From Promethearchaeota archaeon Loki_b32 (GTDB lineage Archaea > Asgardarchaeota > Lokiarchaeia > Sigyniarchaeales > SOKP01), in contig NJBH01000005.1 of assembly GCA_005223125.1 (NCBI GenBank), positions 64,001-128,000 on the forward strand: a stretch of 64,000 nt of DNA. Direction: 5' to 3'. Each line of letters starts with the position of its first letter. Positions within the stretch are counted from its first letter, which is position 1. Of this stretch, positions 1 to 10,011 are shown in pieces. The notes under the pieces are model-generated. The model did no database searches, had not been told where the DNA came from, and worked only from the letters and a program-made list of their open reading frames with translations. The position numbers and the translations under genes are program-made.

Positions 1-1218
1 TGAAGCATTTAGCCCAATCTTCTTGTACATCTCAGCCCATGTGAGATCATAATGAAAAGGTCGATAATCATGATTTCCTAAGGTTGTGAAAATTGGACAA
101 TTTAACTCTTCACCTCTGACAACTCCTTTATATTTTTCTGTGGAGGGAACGTTTAAGATTAAATTTTTAAACGTTTTCCAATTACTATCATCGTAATTAA
201 ATTCATTTAGTTTACGAAGTTTCTTAGACAATCTACTTAATATTGTATAGTCAACAATATCTCCTGTTAGTACAATGAGATCTAATTCATTTCTAAGTAC
301 TTTCCTATTCATTAATTTAATAAATCTTCTAAATTGATTATTCGGATTAATCAGACGCTTCCTCAATGGAATTTTAATTTCAGATAAAATTCCTTCTTCT
401 TTTGTTTTTTGCTTTTTAATCTTCAATTTTTTTTTTACTGTCTCAAAAAAATCTTCAACGCTTTCCTTAATAGAAGATTCTGCCCATTTTTTAACTATTC
501 CATAAATATTATCATTTCTTTCCGCTAAATGCAGATCAGTGGCATGGACAAATGTAAAATTTTCCCATTTTTGCTTTGAAATTACGAGTGAGTGATAATT
601 TATTTGGTCATTAGCACAAAGGATATCAAACATTACAAAATTTCGTTCCTTTAGAAATTTAAGAACTTCTTTACTCAGAGTAAACTTAATAGTTACTTTA
701 TAAAATTTGTCTAATTCGCCAAATACTTGATTTTTTATTAAAACTTCTTGGGGACTCAAATCTTCTGTATTAGAGATATTCTGAATTGGGATTATGGAAG
801 AATTTTCAACATTTAATACTTTTGGAAAAATAGTTTCTCCTCTATGTAGTCGTGATTTTAATTGCTTTAATCGTTCTAAATTTAAATCTAAATCCTTTCC
901 ACTTTCCAATAAATCTTCAATGAATTTTTTTCTCTTTTTTCTAGCTCTTTTTTCTCTCCATTTAGAGAACAATCCTTTTGGTTTTTTCACGAAAATAAGT
1001 TTATAAGACCATTTATAGTCATATAAAGGCACTAAGGTTATATGATTTTGAATGGATTTAGTAAAAGCCTCTAAATCAATATTATCGGTAATAAGAAGCA
1101 AATTAGCTTGAAAATCTTTGTTCTTCAATTTATGATCTATTTTTAAAATTGATGGACAGCCCAAATTCGGACTTATAAGAATAATTTTTCCCGTTTTCTC
1201 TACTTCTGTCGAATTCAC
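1..1218 (-). CDS. Calcineurin-like metallophosphoesterase (3' end runs off the window)
   Basis: Absent from the ORF track. Manual translation of the minus strand gives motifs FVHATDLH, LIVLTGDIVD and TTLGNHD in one frame. The GTG at 1218 is in frame with position 1. Confidence 0.85.
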   Translation of the reverse strand, partial: MNSTEVEKTGKIILISPNLGCPSILKIDHKLKNKDFQANLLLITDNIDLEAFTKSIQNHITLVPLYDYKWSYKLIFVKKPKGLFSKWREKRARKKRKKFIEDLLESGKDLDLNLERLKQLKSRLHRGETIFPKVLNVENSSIIPIQNISNTEDLSPQEVLIKNQVFGELDKFYKVTIKFTLSKEVLKFLKERNFVMFDILCANDQINYHSLVISKQKWENFTFVHATDLHLAERNDNIYGIVKKWAESSIKESVEDFFETVKKKLKIKKQKTKEEGILSEIKIPLRKRLINPNNQFRRFIKLMNRKVLRNELDLIVLTGDIVDYTILSRLSKKLRKLNEFNYDDSNWKTFKNLILNVPSTEKYKGVVRGEELNCPIFTTLGNHDYRPFHYDLTWAEMYKKIGLNAS

Positions 1219-1423
1219 TTTTAAAAAAGTACTCTGTTTATGAAACTAATTATTGCATTTATTTCAAATATATAATCTTACTAGATAATCGTAATTTAAA
1301 AATGTAATCAAGTTATTACTTCGTAGTTATGATTGTAAGAATAAAGCTATGACTTATTATCATTAAAAATGGAATAACCTAATCGAGACTGTATTCTATC
1401 GTTATGTACATGAAAATATATCG

Positions 1424-1669
1424 TTAAATCGAAATAAATATTACATTATCTCCTCGAACAACAATATCTCCAAGTGTCTCGTGTTCTTCACGAATGTTAC
1501 CCTCGTCATCTTGATATTCAAAAAGCTGGGTGGTTTCTTCTAAATATAGGTTTAGGTGCTCGTCGAAGCCAATTAATATTCCCCTAAAAAGACGGTTACG
1601 CTTAACCTTAATGAGAATGACTTTATTAATTGAAGATTTCAAATAATCGATAGGTCTGTTATGTTGCAT
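1424..1669 (-). CDS. Sm/Lsm-family RNA-binding protein (SmAP)
   Basis: Sm1 motif (RPIDYL...FRGILIGFDEHLNLYL) and Sm2 motif (LGDIVVRGDNVIFI). Confidence 0.93.
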   Translation of the reverse strand: MQHNRPIDYLKSSINKVILIKVKRNRLFRGILIGFDEHLNLYLEETTQLFEYQDDEGNIREEHETLGDIVVRGDNVIFISI

Positions 1670-1884
1670 CTTTTATAAACTCGAAAAAACAATTATTGAT
1701 AAAAAAATATTTATAATAACAAGTAAATACACAGCTAATTAAAACCTTTTGATTCAACCGATTCTTATTTTTATAGTTCCCTATATAAAAACTCACATAT
1801 AAACAAATGATAAATTTGTCTAAGGAAGAATAAGATGATAAGGAAAAAGAATTGTATTCATTCAACTTTTTATTATATTAGGTG

Positions 1885-1892
1885 TTTATATA
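1885..1892 (+). promoter_or_regulatory. TATA box of tRNA-Arg gene
   Basis: TTTATATA lies about 25 nt upstream of the tRNA 5' end (1917). Confidence 0.6.
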
Positions 1893-1916
1893 ATCATACA
1901 ATTACCTTTTAATATT

Positions 1917-2024
1917 AGGCCTGTGGCCCAGTTTGGATAAGGCGGCAGCCTCCTAAGCTGCAAATCGGGGGTTCAATGTGAAATGTACTTCACATTTCAT
2001 GAACAAATCCCCTCAGGCCTGCCA
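1917..2024 (+). tRNA. tRNA-Arg(CCU) with 30-nt T-loop intron and encoded CCA
   Basis: Acceptor stem AGGCCTG/CAGGCCT, discriminator G and CCA (2022-2024). D-loop contains GG. Anticodon stem GCAGC/GCTGC with loop CT-CCT-AA. The T arm GGGGG-TTCAAAT-CCCCT is restored once 1977-2006 is removed. Confidence 0.95.
1977..2006 (+). other. tRNA intron at non-canonical position 58/59 with strict bulge-helix-bulge motif
   Basis: Central helix GTTC/GAAC, 3-nt bulges AAT and AAA, inner helix GTGAAATGT/ACATTTCAT and outer helix GGGG/TCCC. Cutting after the second nt of each bulge gives a normal T-loop. Confidence 0.9.
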
Positions 2025-2071
2025 TTTTTAATTTTTGAAACTTTATAAGGTATTGAATTTTTTTCAAGATA

Positions 2072-4030
2072 ATGAAACAAAAGTATGTTACTAACTTATC
2101 ATATCTAAAAGTAATAGTTAGACCCAGGTTTCCTAAATTCATTCGAAGATTAAACAAAATTATCATGAGGCATGGTATTGTTCCTTTAGTGAGGATTTTA
2201 GGAAAGTTATTAGGAATGGGATTTAGCAAGAATGGTGTCAAAAGATATCCTGAATATTTCATAACCTTAAAAGATGGCACAAAATTAGCTACGGACGTGT
2301 ATGTTCCAAAGAAGGTTTTTAAGAAAAAAAGCAAGTGTCCTACGATTTTAGTAAGATTACCATATTGGAAAGACAGTATGAGTATATTAGGGTATGTGTA
2401 TGCTGCTTATGGATTTGTGACAATCATCCAAGATATTAGAGGAACAGGTCATTCAAGTGGTTTTAACTATTACTTATTTACAGAAAGAGATGACGGTTTA
2501 GAAACTTTAGAATGGATTTCTAGACAATATTGGTATAATGGTAAAATAGGAATGGCAGGAGCAAGTTATTTTGGGATAACCCAGCTTGCTTTATCTTGGG
2601 ATAATGAATACTTAACTTGTATTGCCCCAGCTATTACATCTACATTGAATCTGTGGATAAATAATGGAGGTTTACAAATTCATGCTCTTACAACTTCGAT
2701 TTATAGAATAATGGTTAATATTGTATCACACCGAGATATTCCTCCGGTAGATACATTAACAAAATTAATGTATGAGAGATATCTAAATCCTAAATATGCT
2801 TTATTCAATGATTCAGTTAAAAAGAAGGGTGGAATAAGATTATCTCAATTAAAAGGCAAATCTATTAAAGAAGTTCAAGATCTCTTAGTATCATTTTATA
2901 ATATCAATAATTTTGACTCCTCTAAGCGAAATCTCAATATCTATTTTAAATTTCTAAATGATTTCTTAATAACACGAGTTTTGGATAAGGATTCATATAA
3001 GATGTCTGGATTTTTAGAAATGGATGCAAGTAAATTCTCTCAACCTGCTTTCATGTTAGCTGGTTGGCAAGATATGTTTTTTGAACAACAACTAAATGAT
3101 TTTCTCGAGATCAAAACGAGTGCTCATGGAGATGCTAAAATATATTCTAAAATGATAATAGGAAGTTGGGCTCATGCTGCGAAGGGTCACCCAGAAAGTC
3201 GGATTAGAAATGCAGGAATGCCACGATTTTTCAGAGAGTTATTGAAGATAGATTGGAACCGCTATTGGCTACTGAATGACAAGAATGCATTTCCCGATAT
3301 TAATAAACCTTCGATAAAATATTGGGTTATGGGAAAAAATATCTGGAGATACACGGAAAATTGGCCGCCTGAGAATATTGAATATAAAAAGGTCCATATT
3401 CATTCTGTCCAAGGGGCAAATAGCATAAAAGGGGATGGTATATTAAATTCCGAAGAACCAAGTAATGAGCCAGAGGATAAGTACATTTTTAATCCGATAA
3501 ATCCAGTGATTACTAAAGGAGGAAGAAACCTAGGTATTTTAAAAGGAGCTCGAAATCAAAAAGATGCTGAAAAGCGAAAAGATGTTTTGATATATTCTAC
3601 CAAACCATTAGAAAAAGGGATTGAAATTACGGGCTCTGTGAAGATGGTACTTTATGCTTCCTCTTCAGCGAAAGATACTGATTTCATGGTTAAGTTAGTA
3701 GATGTATATCCTCGAGGAAGAGCGATAAATATATTAGATGCGGGAATTCGAGCTCGATTTAGAAATGGCGATGATAATCCCTCTCTTATAGAACCAAGAA
3801 AAGTGTATAAGTATGAAATAAAATTAGGAAATGCGTCGAATTACTTTAGGAAAGGTCATCAAATAAGAATAGAAATATCTTCAAGTAATTTTCCCAGATT
3901 TGATATCAACTCAAATTTAGGCGGAGAGGGTCAACCAGCAGATTTTGTCATAGCTGAACAAGAAATATTTCATACAAAGGAGTTTCCTAGTCACCTTATA
4001 ATCCCCGTTTTTGAAAGTAAAGAACTTTAA
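2072..4030 (+). CDS. CocE/NonD family hydrolase (peptidase S15 / cocaine esterase-like)
   Basis: DGTKLATDVYVP, RLPY, QDIRGTGHSSG, nucleophile motif GASY, GSWAH and a C-terminal SSSNFPRFD domain. Confidence 0.9.
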   Translation: MKQKYVTNLSYLKVIVRPRFPKFIRRLNKIIMRHGIVPLVRILGKLLGMGFSKNGVKRYPEYFITLKDGTKLATDVYVPKKVFKKKSKCPTILVRLPYWKDSMSILGYVYAAYGFVTIIQDIRGTGHSSGFNYYLFTERDDGLETLEWISRQYWYNGKIGMAGASYFGITQLALSWDNEYLTCIAPAITSTLNLWINNGGLQIHALTTSIYRIMVNIVSHRDIPPVDTLTKLMYERYLNPKYALFNDSVKKKGGIRLSQLKGKSIKEVQDLLVSFYNINNFDSSKRNLNIYFKFLNDFLITRVLDKDSYKMSGFLEMDASKFSQPAFMLAGWQDMFFEQQLNDFLEIKTSAHGDAKIYSKMIIGSWAHAAKGHPESRIRNAGMPRFFRELLKIDWNRYWLLNDKNAFPDINKPSIKYWVMGKNIWRYTENWPPENIEYKKVHIHSVQGANSIKGDGILNSEEPSNEPEDKYIFNPINPVITKGGRNLGILKGARNQKDAEKRKDVLIYSTKPLEKGIEITGSVKMVLYASSSAKDTDFMVKLVDVYPRGRAINILDAGIRARFRNGDDNPSLIEPRKVYKYEIKLGNASNYFRKGHQIRIEISSSNFPRFDINSNLGGEGQPADFVIAEQEIFHTKEFPSHLIIPVFESKEL

Positions 4031-4039
4031 GTTTGTAAG

Positions 4040-4318
4040 TTAGAACACTTTCTCACAATATAATTTTAATTTTCTACCAAATTTATTGATAATTCCTTCT
4101 AAAGATAAGCCCAAATCGGGAATTCCTATCATCTTTCCCTCATCATTACTAAGGAAAATATCTTTTTGTTTCAACTTCAATTCTTTTAATAAGGAGAGAT
4201 ATATCTCATGAAATTTTTTTCTCAAATTCGTTTGGCTTAATGAGATTTTTATTATTTCTCCACTCTGAATAATCTTAAAGGATAGAAACTCATCACTCTG
4301 CATATTTGAACGACTCAT
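4040..4318 (-). CDS. Small hypothetical protein, probable beta-grasp (ubiquitin/UFM1-like) fold without C-terminal Gly
   Basis: 92-aa ORF with the strand-strand-helix-strand-strand-strand pattern and residue matches to UFM1 by eye (LSFKI, NDEG, KFGRKLKL). It ends EKVF. Confidence 0.5.
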   Translation of the reverse strand: MSRSNMQSDEFLSFKIIQSGEIIKISLSQTNLRKKFHEIYLSLLKELKLKQKDIFLSNDEGKMIGIPDLGLSLEGIINKFGRKLKLYCEKVF

Positions 4319-4485
4319 ATTTCTTAAAAAGAAATAAGGCTAGACTTTAATTAAAGCTATTCCATTTTTACAAAATTATCAATAATTCAATGTTGAGTCG
4401 TCTTGGATGACAATACATAACGAGCTGTTTAAATAAAATTGAAACACTATTATAACTCGCCTAAAAAAAAATAGAGGTGAAAAAT

Positions 4486-6216
4486 TTGCCAAAAAGAATA
4501 TTAAGAGTAAATATGACCAATCTTGAGAGTCAATTCGAAGATTTACCAGCGGATTATGCTGCTTTAGGTGGCAGAGGGATGACTTCTACTATTGTAGCAA
4601 AAGAAGTACCCCCAACCTGTAATCCATTAGGAATACATAATAAGTTAGTATTTGCTCCGGGGATCGTAACTGGTACTAAAGCACCCACAAGTGGGAGGCT
4701 TTCTGTCGGCGGAAAGTCTCCTTTAACAGGAGGCATTAAAGAAGCTAATGCAGGCACTCCTTTCGCCCAAATGTTAGCGAGAATGCGGATAGGTGCAATA
4801 ATAATTGAGGGTAAACATGCGGGAGATGATTATTATCTTTTAAAAATAACCATGGATGGAACTGAATTTATAAAAGCTAATAAATGGGTTGGAAAGGGAT
4901 TATATGGTGTATATAAGGATCTTTTTAAAGAATATGGTGACAAAGTAGGGATAAGTGGTGTGGGAATAGCTGCTGAGCTTCTTGGAGCTATGTCAGGAGT
5001 TTGTTTTAACGATCCTGAGGGTTTACCCAGCAGATATGCAGGACGAGGCGGATTAGGTGCTGTTATGGCATCTAAAGGGTTAAAATTCATTATAGTTGAC
5101 GATACAGGTGCTCCAGGAGTGGAAATTGCGAATGAAGAGGTCTTCTCGCAAGGGATTAAAAAATTAAGAGACGCCCTTACATCTCATGATGTAACTAAGC
5201 CAGGTGGAGCCCTTAATTCATATGGTACCGCCGTATTAGTGAATATAATAAACGAAGCAGGCGGTCTCCCTCAAAGAAACTTTTCTTCGGGTCAAGATGA
5301 GGGGGCAGAAAAAGTATCTGGTGAAGCTAAAGCTGAGGAAATAAAGAAGAGAGGAGGAACACGCCCTCATTTCTGTAATCCAGGATGTATTATTCAATGT
5401 TCTGAAGTTTGGGTAAAACCAAATGGAAAAGACCCAGTTGGTGTTCTTGAATATGAAAGTGTTTGGGCACTTGGACCTAATTGTGCGATCTATAATTTAG
5501 ATGATATAGGTGAACTAAATCGAGCGTGTAATGATTTAGGAACAGATACAATCGAAGCAGGTGATACGATCGCCGTAGCAATGGAAGGTGGTTTAATTGA
5601 GTTTGGTGATGGAAAGGGAGCTATAAAACTAATGGATGAAATTCGCAAAAAAACACCAATAGGTAAAATATTAGCTCAAGGCACTGAAATTACTGGTAAA
5701 GTTTTTGGAGTAACAAGGATTCCTACTGTTAAAGGGCAAGGACTACCAGCATATGATCCAAGAGCAATTAAGGGAATAGGCGTTACATTCGCAACAACTC
5801 CTATGGGAGCTGACCATACTGCTGGTTATGCTATTGCTCCAGAAATCTTAGGTGTTGGTGGAAAGTTAGATCCCCTGAGTCCTGAAAAAGCAGAAGTATC
5901 TCGAAACCTACAATTTGCTACAGCAGCTATTGATGCATCAGGATATTGTCTTTTCATTGCATTTGCGATTCTTGACATTCCTGAAGGATTGCAAGGTGTT
6001 GTCGAATCTTTAAGCGGTGTATTAGGAGCTAATCTAACTGTTGATGATGTTGGACCAATTGGAAAGTCAATTATTGACACAGAACTTGAATTCAATAAAA
6101 AAGCAGGATTTACAAAAATCCATGATAGACTTCCAGAGTTTTTTCTTGAAGAAAAACTCCCACCGCATAATACGGTATTCGATGTGCCAGATGATGATTT
6201 AGATAGTGTGTTTTAA
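4486..6216 (+). CDS. aor: Aldehyde:ferredoxin oxidoreductase (tungsten-pterin AOR family)
   Basis: KSPLTGGIKEANAG, AGRGGLGAVMASKGLK, Cys motif CxxxCxxxC, EYES, VKGQGLPAYDPR and GADHT. The likely start is TTG at 4486, after SD GAGGTGA; the track starts at 4477. Confidence 0.95.
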   Translation: MPKRILRVNMTNLESQFEDLPADYAALGGRGMTSTIVAKEVPPTCNPLGIHNKLVFAPGIVTGTKAPTSGRLSVGGKSPLTGGIKEANAGTPFAQMLARMRIGAIIIEGKHAGDDYYLLKITMDGTEFIKANKWVGKGLYGVYKDLFKEYGDKVGISGVGIAAELLGAMSGVCFNDPEGLPSRYAGRGGLGAVMASKGLKFIIVDDTGAPGVEIANEEVFSQGIKKLRDALTSHDVTKPGGALNSYGTAVLVNIINEAGGLPQRNFSSGQDEGAEKVSGEAKAEEIKKRGGTRPHFCNPGCIIQCSEVWVKPNGKDPVGVLEYESVWALGPNCAIYNLDDIGELNRACNDLGTDTIEAGDTIAVAMEGGLIEFGDGKGAIKLMDEIRKKTPIGKILAQGTEITGKVFGVTRIPTVKGQGLPAYDPRAIKGIGVTFATTPMGADHTAGYAIAPEILGVGGKLDPLSPEKAEVSRNLQFATAAIDASGYCLFIAFAILDIPEGLQGVVESLSGVLGANLTVDDVGPIGKSIIDTELEFNKKAGFTKIHDRLPEFFLEEKLPPHNTVFDVPDDDLDSVF

Positions 6217-6232
6217 GCAAAATTGATTGAAA

Positions 6233-6517
6233 ATGCCAATTGCTTTAAAATTATTCGGAGATTTAAGAAAAAAAGTGGATCCAAAAGTATCAGGAACCTT
6301 ACCATTACGATTAAAGATTGATGATCCAGAAATAACATGGGTATCAGATATACTTAGAAAGTTCATGATTGAAGAAAATGAGGTTAGCCATATTTTTGTA
6401 AATGGTCGATTTGCTGGATTTAGAAAGAAAGTGAGTAGAGGAGATACTGTAGCATTATTCCCTAAAAACATGGGATTATTATATAAATGGTATTTTAAGC
6501 GAGAAGAAGATGAATAA
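6233..6517 (+). CDS. MoaD/ThiS-like beta-grasp protein lacking terminal GG
   Basis: LKLFGDLRK...IFVNG...GDTVALFP, followed by KNMGLLYKWYFKREEDE instead of GG. Confidence 0.8.
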   Translation: MPIALKLFGDLRKKVDPKVSGTLPLRLKIDDPEITWVSDILRKFMIEENEVSHIFVNGRFAGFRKKVSRGDTVALFPKNMGLLYKWYFKREEDE

Positions 6518-6755
6518 CAACTCAATCTCAGTTACTGTTAAGTTTTTTGCTACATTAAGGCAATATGGACCAGATAAGGATGTCTTAATAATTCCAGAAA
6601 ACAGTAAGGTTAAATTACTATTCGATAAATATAGTATTCCAAAGGAAGAACGAAGAGCAATTATATTAGTCAATGGACGACCTCATAAGGACCTTAACAC
6701 TGTTATCAAAGATGGAGATTTAATTTCAATTTTTCCTCCAATTGGGGGCGGATAA
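6510..6755 (+). CDS. MoaD/ThiS/SAMP-family sulfur-carrier ubiquitin-like protein
   Basis: VKFFATLR...ILVNG...DGDLISIFPPIGGG with terminal di-glycine. Directly downstream of AOR. Confidence 0.9.
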   Translation: MNNNSISVTVKFFATLRQYGPDKDVLIIPENSKVKLLFDKYSIPKEERRAIILVNGRPHKDLNTVIKDGDLISIFPPIGGG

Positions 6756-7047
6756 TTCTCTACAAAATCTAAATATCTTTTTTTTATTTTTATTTCTAAA
6801 TTATTAGAAATTCAAATTTTATCAATTTCTTGTATTTAATTATATGGGAGAATTATTTAACATTCTATTGAAATATATAACAAATTTAACTGTAATTTTT
6901 TATTTGTACGGGACATCGGAACGTAAATTATCAATATCTTATAGAATATTACATGAAACATAAAATAATGTTTGTGATATTATCTATTAAATTAGATATT
7001 TTTGCGATTATACTTAATATATAAGAAATTAGAAGGAATCCTTAATC

Positions 7048-9957
7048 ATGAAATCAACAGAAAAGAAACTTAGAGAATCTGAGGAAAGATTCAAAGCATT
7101 ATTTAAGATAAGTCCAGTTCCGACTTATGCTTGGCAAAAAGTAGGAGTATCGTTTAAATTGATTGATTATAATAATGCTGCTGATATTATTACGCAAGGA
7201 AACGTGCAAAATTATTTAGGAATTAAAGCTTCTGAAATGTACAGAGAACGTTTGGATATTTTAGAAGATATTAATAGTTGTTTTGATAAAAAAACTACTG
7301 TTGTTCGAGAAATGAAATATTTTTTTTCAAGTTTAAAAGAAGAAAAAGAGCTATTAGTGAAATATGCTTTTTTACCTCCAGATTTAGTCTTAGTTCATAC
7401 AGAAGATATCACAGCCCGAAAGAGAGCGGAGGAAAAAATTCAATATCAAGCTAAACTTGTTGAAGACGTTTCAGATGCAATTGTTTCCAGTGATTTAGAC
7501 TTTAACATTGTATCTTGGAATAAAGCAGCAGAATCTATATATGGATGGAAAGCTGAAGAAGTAATTGGGAAAAATATTAAGGATACAATTCCCGTAGAAT
7601 ACCCCTATGATGATCAAGAAGCTGTTCTAAAACAATTTTTTGAAGAAGGATTTTGGAAAGGAGAAGTAATTCAACCACAGAAAGATGGTACACCTATTAA
7701 TATCTTAACCTCAGTTTCATTAATTAAAGATATCAAAGGAAATCAAGTAGGTGCTGTAGCAATTAACCGAGACATTTCTGAGCGCAAATTAGTAGAGCAA
7801 AAATTAAAAGAATCTGAATCTAAGTTTAGAAGTATCTTTGAAGCTATTCCAGATTTATATTTTTTACTATCTGAAGATACAACAATATTAGATTTTCGGG
7901 GGAAGAAACAAAATTTATATGTTCAACCCGAAGAGTTTATGTGGAAAAAAGTTGTAGACCTCTTACCACCTCATATCGGAGAACAGACAATGAATTTGAT
8001 CAAGAAAACCATTATGACGAAGCAACCACAAAATTTAGAATATGAATTACTTATACAAAATAAAATTCATTATTTTGAAGGAAGATATTTTTATCTTTCT
8101 AAGAATAGAGTTTCTTGTTTTGTTCGAGATATTACGGAAAGAAAAAAGATAGAAAAAGAAATTTCTGATTTAGCAAAGTTCCCTTCAGAAAATCCAAATC
8201 CCGTATTGAGAGTGGATAAAAAAAAGATTCTTTATATCAATCAGTCGGGTAGAAATTTGTTTGATACAACTGAAGGTAGTAAGATTCCAATTCTATTAGA
8301 AGAAATAATTGTTGAAGCATTTGACGATAATACTACTAAAGTTTTTGAAATTGAAGTTGATGATAAAATATATTCATTTGATATAGCACCGATACAACAA
8401 GAAGGATATGCTAATATTTATGGACAGGATATAACAGAGAGAAAGAAATCAGAGATCGGCCTCAATATCGAGAAACAATTTACAGAAGATATATTAAATT
8501 CTTCACTGGATACTATCTTCGTTTTTGAACCAGAAACAGGTAAAGCACTTAGATGGAATAAAGTTTTTAATGAAATGACTGGTTATTCTGATGAAGAAAT
8601 TTCTTCAATGAAAGCCCCAGATTCATATTATAATGAAGAAGATTTAAAAGTTTCTTCAGAAGCAATAAAAAGATTAAAAGAGGAAGGAAAAACTACACTT
8701 GAAATTTCATTAATTACTAAGGATGGCAGGAGAATTCCATATGAGTATAAGGCAACGGTACTTAAAGACCCCCACGGGAAATTTTCAATTGTTTCTATTG
8801 GAAGAGATATGACTGAAAGAAAGGAAGTAGAGCAAAAATTAAAAGAATCTGAAATTATATTTAGAGACTTATATGAAGAAGCGCCTAATGCGTATTTCTC
8901 AATAGGGCCAGAAAAGTCAATAATTCGAACCAATAAAGCAGCGGAAAGACTTTTAGGCTATACAAAAGAAGAATTTTCAAAGTTGAAAGTCTATGAATTA
9001 TATACTGATACAAAATATGGATTAGAGAAAGCTGAAAAAGTGTTTAAACAATTCATGAATGGAGAGGCTATTAAAGATATTGAACTTCAAATGAAACACA
9101 AAAATGGAAACACCGTGTGGGTAAGCTTATCTGTTAAACCCATTTTCGATTCAGATGGAAGAGTTATTGAATCTCGTTCTATGGTTTTAGACATTACAGA
9201 ACGTAAAAATACAGAGGAAGCTTTAAAAAAATCAGAAAAGAAATATAAGGAGGCCTATGACAAGGCTAATTTCTATAAAGATCTTTTTACTCACGATATG
9301 AATAACATCCTACAAATTATAAATTCTTCAGCAGAAATAATTGGATTCCAGCTAGGTGATTCTGAAATGTCAATGTATATTGAAAATATGACTAAAATGA
9401 TTAAAAACCAAGTTGATAGAGGTTCCAAATTAATTTCCAACGTTCGCACTTTAACCGAACTTGATGAACAGGAGGAAATTTCAACAAAACAAGTAAATAT
9501 CTCCAAATTCTTAAATTCTTCAATAAATTTTGTTAAAAAAGCATATATTGGTAAAAATATATCCATTTTTGCAGAAAAACTTGATCAAAAATATTACACT
9601 AATGCTAATGAACTTCTTCAAGACGTCTTTGACAACATTTTAATAAATAGTATAAAGTATAATGAAAACTTAGAAATAGAAATATCTATAAAAATTTCTA
9701 AGCAAATTATGGATGGGAAAAATTATTTCAAATTAGAATTGAGTGATAATGGGATCGGTGTTTCTGATGATAGAAAAGATGTTATATTTCAACGGGGTAA
9801 TAGAGAACTTAAAGGAACTAAGGGAATGGGAATTGGTCTCTCCTTAGTAAAAAAAATTCTTGAAATTTTTGAAGGTAAAATTTGGGTTGAAGATAAAATT
9901 AAAGGAGACTATACAAAAGGGAGTAATTTTATTGTATTATTGCCCGAAGTAAACTGA
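7048..9957 (+). CDS. Soluble multi-PAS sensor histidine kinase
   Basis: Repeated PAS/PAC units ending DITERK-like, H-box FTHDMNN, N-box NILINSIKY, G1 DNGIG and G2 GMGIGL. Confidence 0.93.
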   Translation: MKSTEKKLRESEERFKALFKISPVPTYAWQKVGVSFKLIDYNNAADIITQGNVQNYLGIKASEMYRERLDILEDINSCFDKKTTVVREMKYFFSSLKEEKELLVKYAFLPPDLVLVHTEDITARKRAEEKIQYQAKLVEDVSDAIVSSDLDFNIVSWNKAAESIYGWKAEEVIGKNIKDTIPVEYPYDDQEAVLKQFFEEGFWKGEVIQPQKDGTPINILTSVSLIKDIKGNQVGAVAINRDISERKLVEQKLKESESKFRSIFEAIPDLYFLLSEDTTILDFRGKKQNLYVQPEEFMWKKVVDLLPPHIGEQTMNLIKKTIMTKQPQNLEYELLIQNKIHYFEGRYFYLSKNRVSCFVRDITERKKIEKEISDLAKFPSENPNPVLRVDKKKILYINQSGRNLFDTTEGSKIPILLEEIIVEAFDDNTTKVFEIEVDDKIYSFDIAPIQQEGYANIYGQDITERKKSEIGLNIEKQFTEDILNSSLDTIFVFEPETGKALRWNKVFNEMTGYSDEEISSMKAPDSYYNEEDLKVSSEAIKRLKEEGKTTLEISLITKDGRRIPYEYKATVLKDPHGKFSIVSIGRDMTERKEVEQKLKESEIIFRDLYEEAPNAYFSIGPEKSIIRTNKAAERLLGYTKEEFSKLKVYELYTDTKYGLEKAEKVFKQFMNGEAIKDIELQMKHKNGNTVWVSLSVKPIFDSDGRVIESRSMVLDITERKNTEEALKKSEKKYKEAYDKANFYKDLFTHDMNNILQIINSSAEIIGFQLGDSEMSMYIENMTKMIKNQVDRGSKLISNVRTLTELDEQEEISTKQVNISKFLNSSINFVKKAYIGKNISIFAEKLDQKYYTNANELLQDVFDNILINSIKYNENLEIEISIKISKQIMDGKNYFKLELSDNGIGVSDDRKDVIFQRGNRELKGTKGMGIGLSLVKKILEIFEGKIWVEDKIKGDYTKGSNFIVLLPEVN

Positions 9958-10011
9958 ATAATTCTACCAGAAGATATCTAGATTTTTAAGGATAATTTTT
10001 TATTTCTCCTT

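Noticed and set aside
794-1006. 70-aa plus-strand ORF, and the other short ORFs nested antisense in long genes (e.g. 4554-4757, 4833-5090, 5826-6095, 8628-8933, 11539-11925, 20245-20601, 50705-51025)
   Set aside because: They are shadow frames of well-supported genes on the opposite strand.
1990-2334. 114-aa minus-strand ORF
   Set aside because: It is antisense to the tRNA and the CocE gene and has no recognisable motifs.
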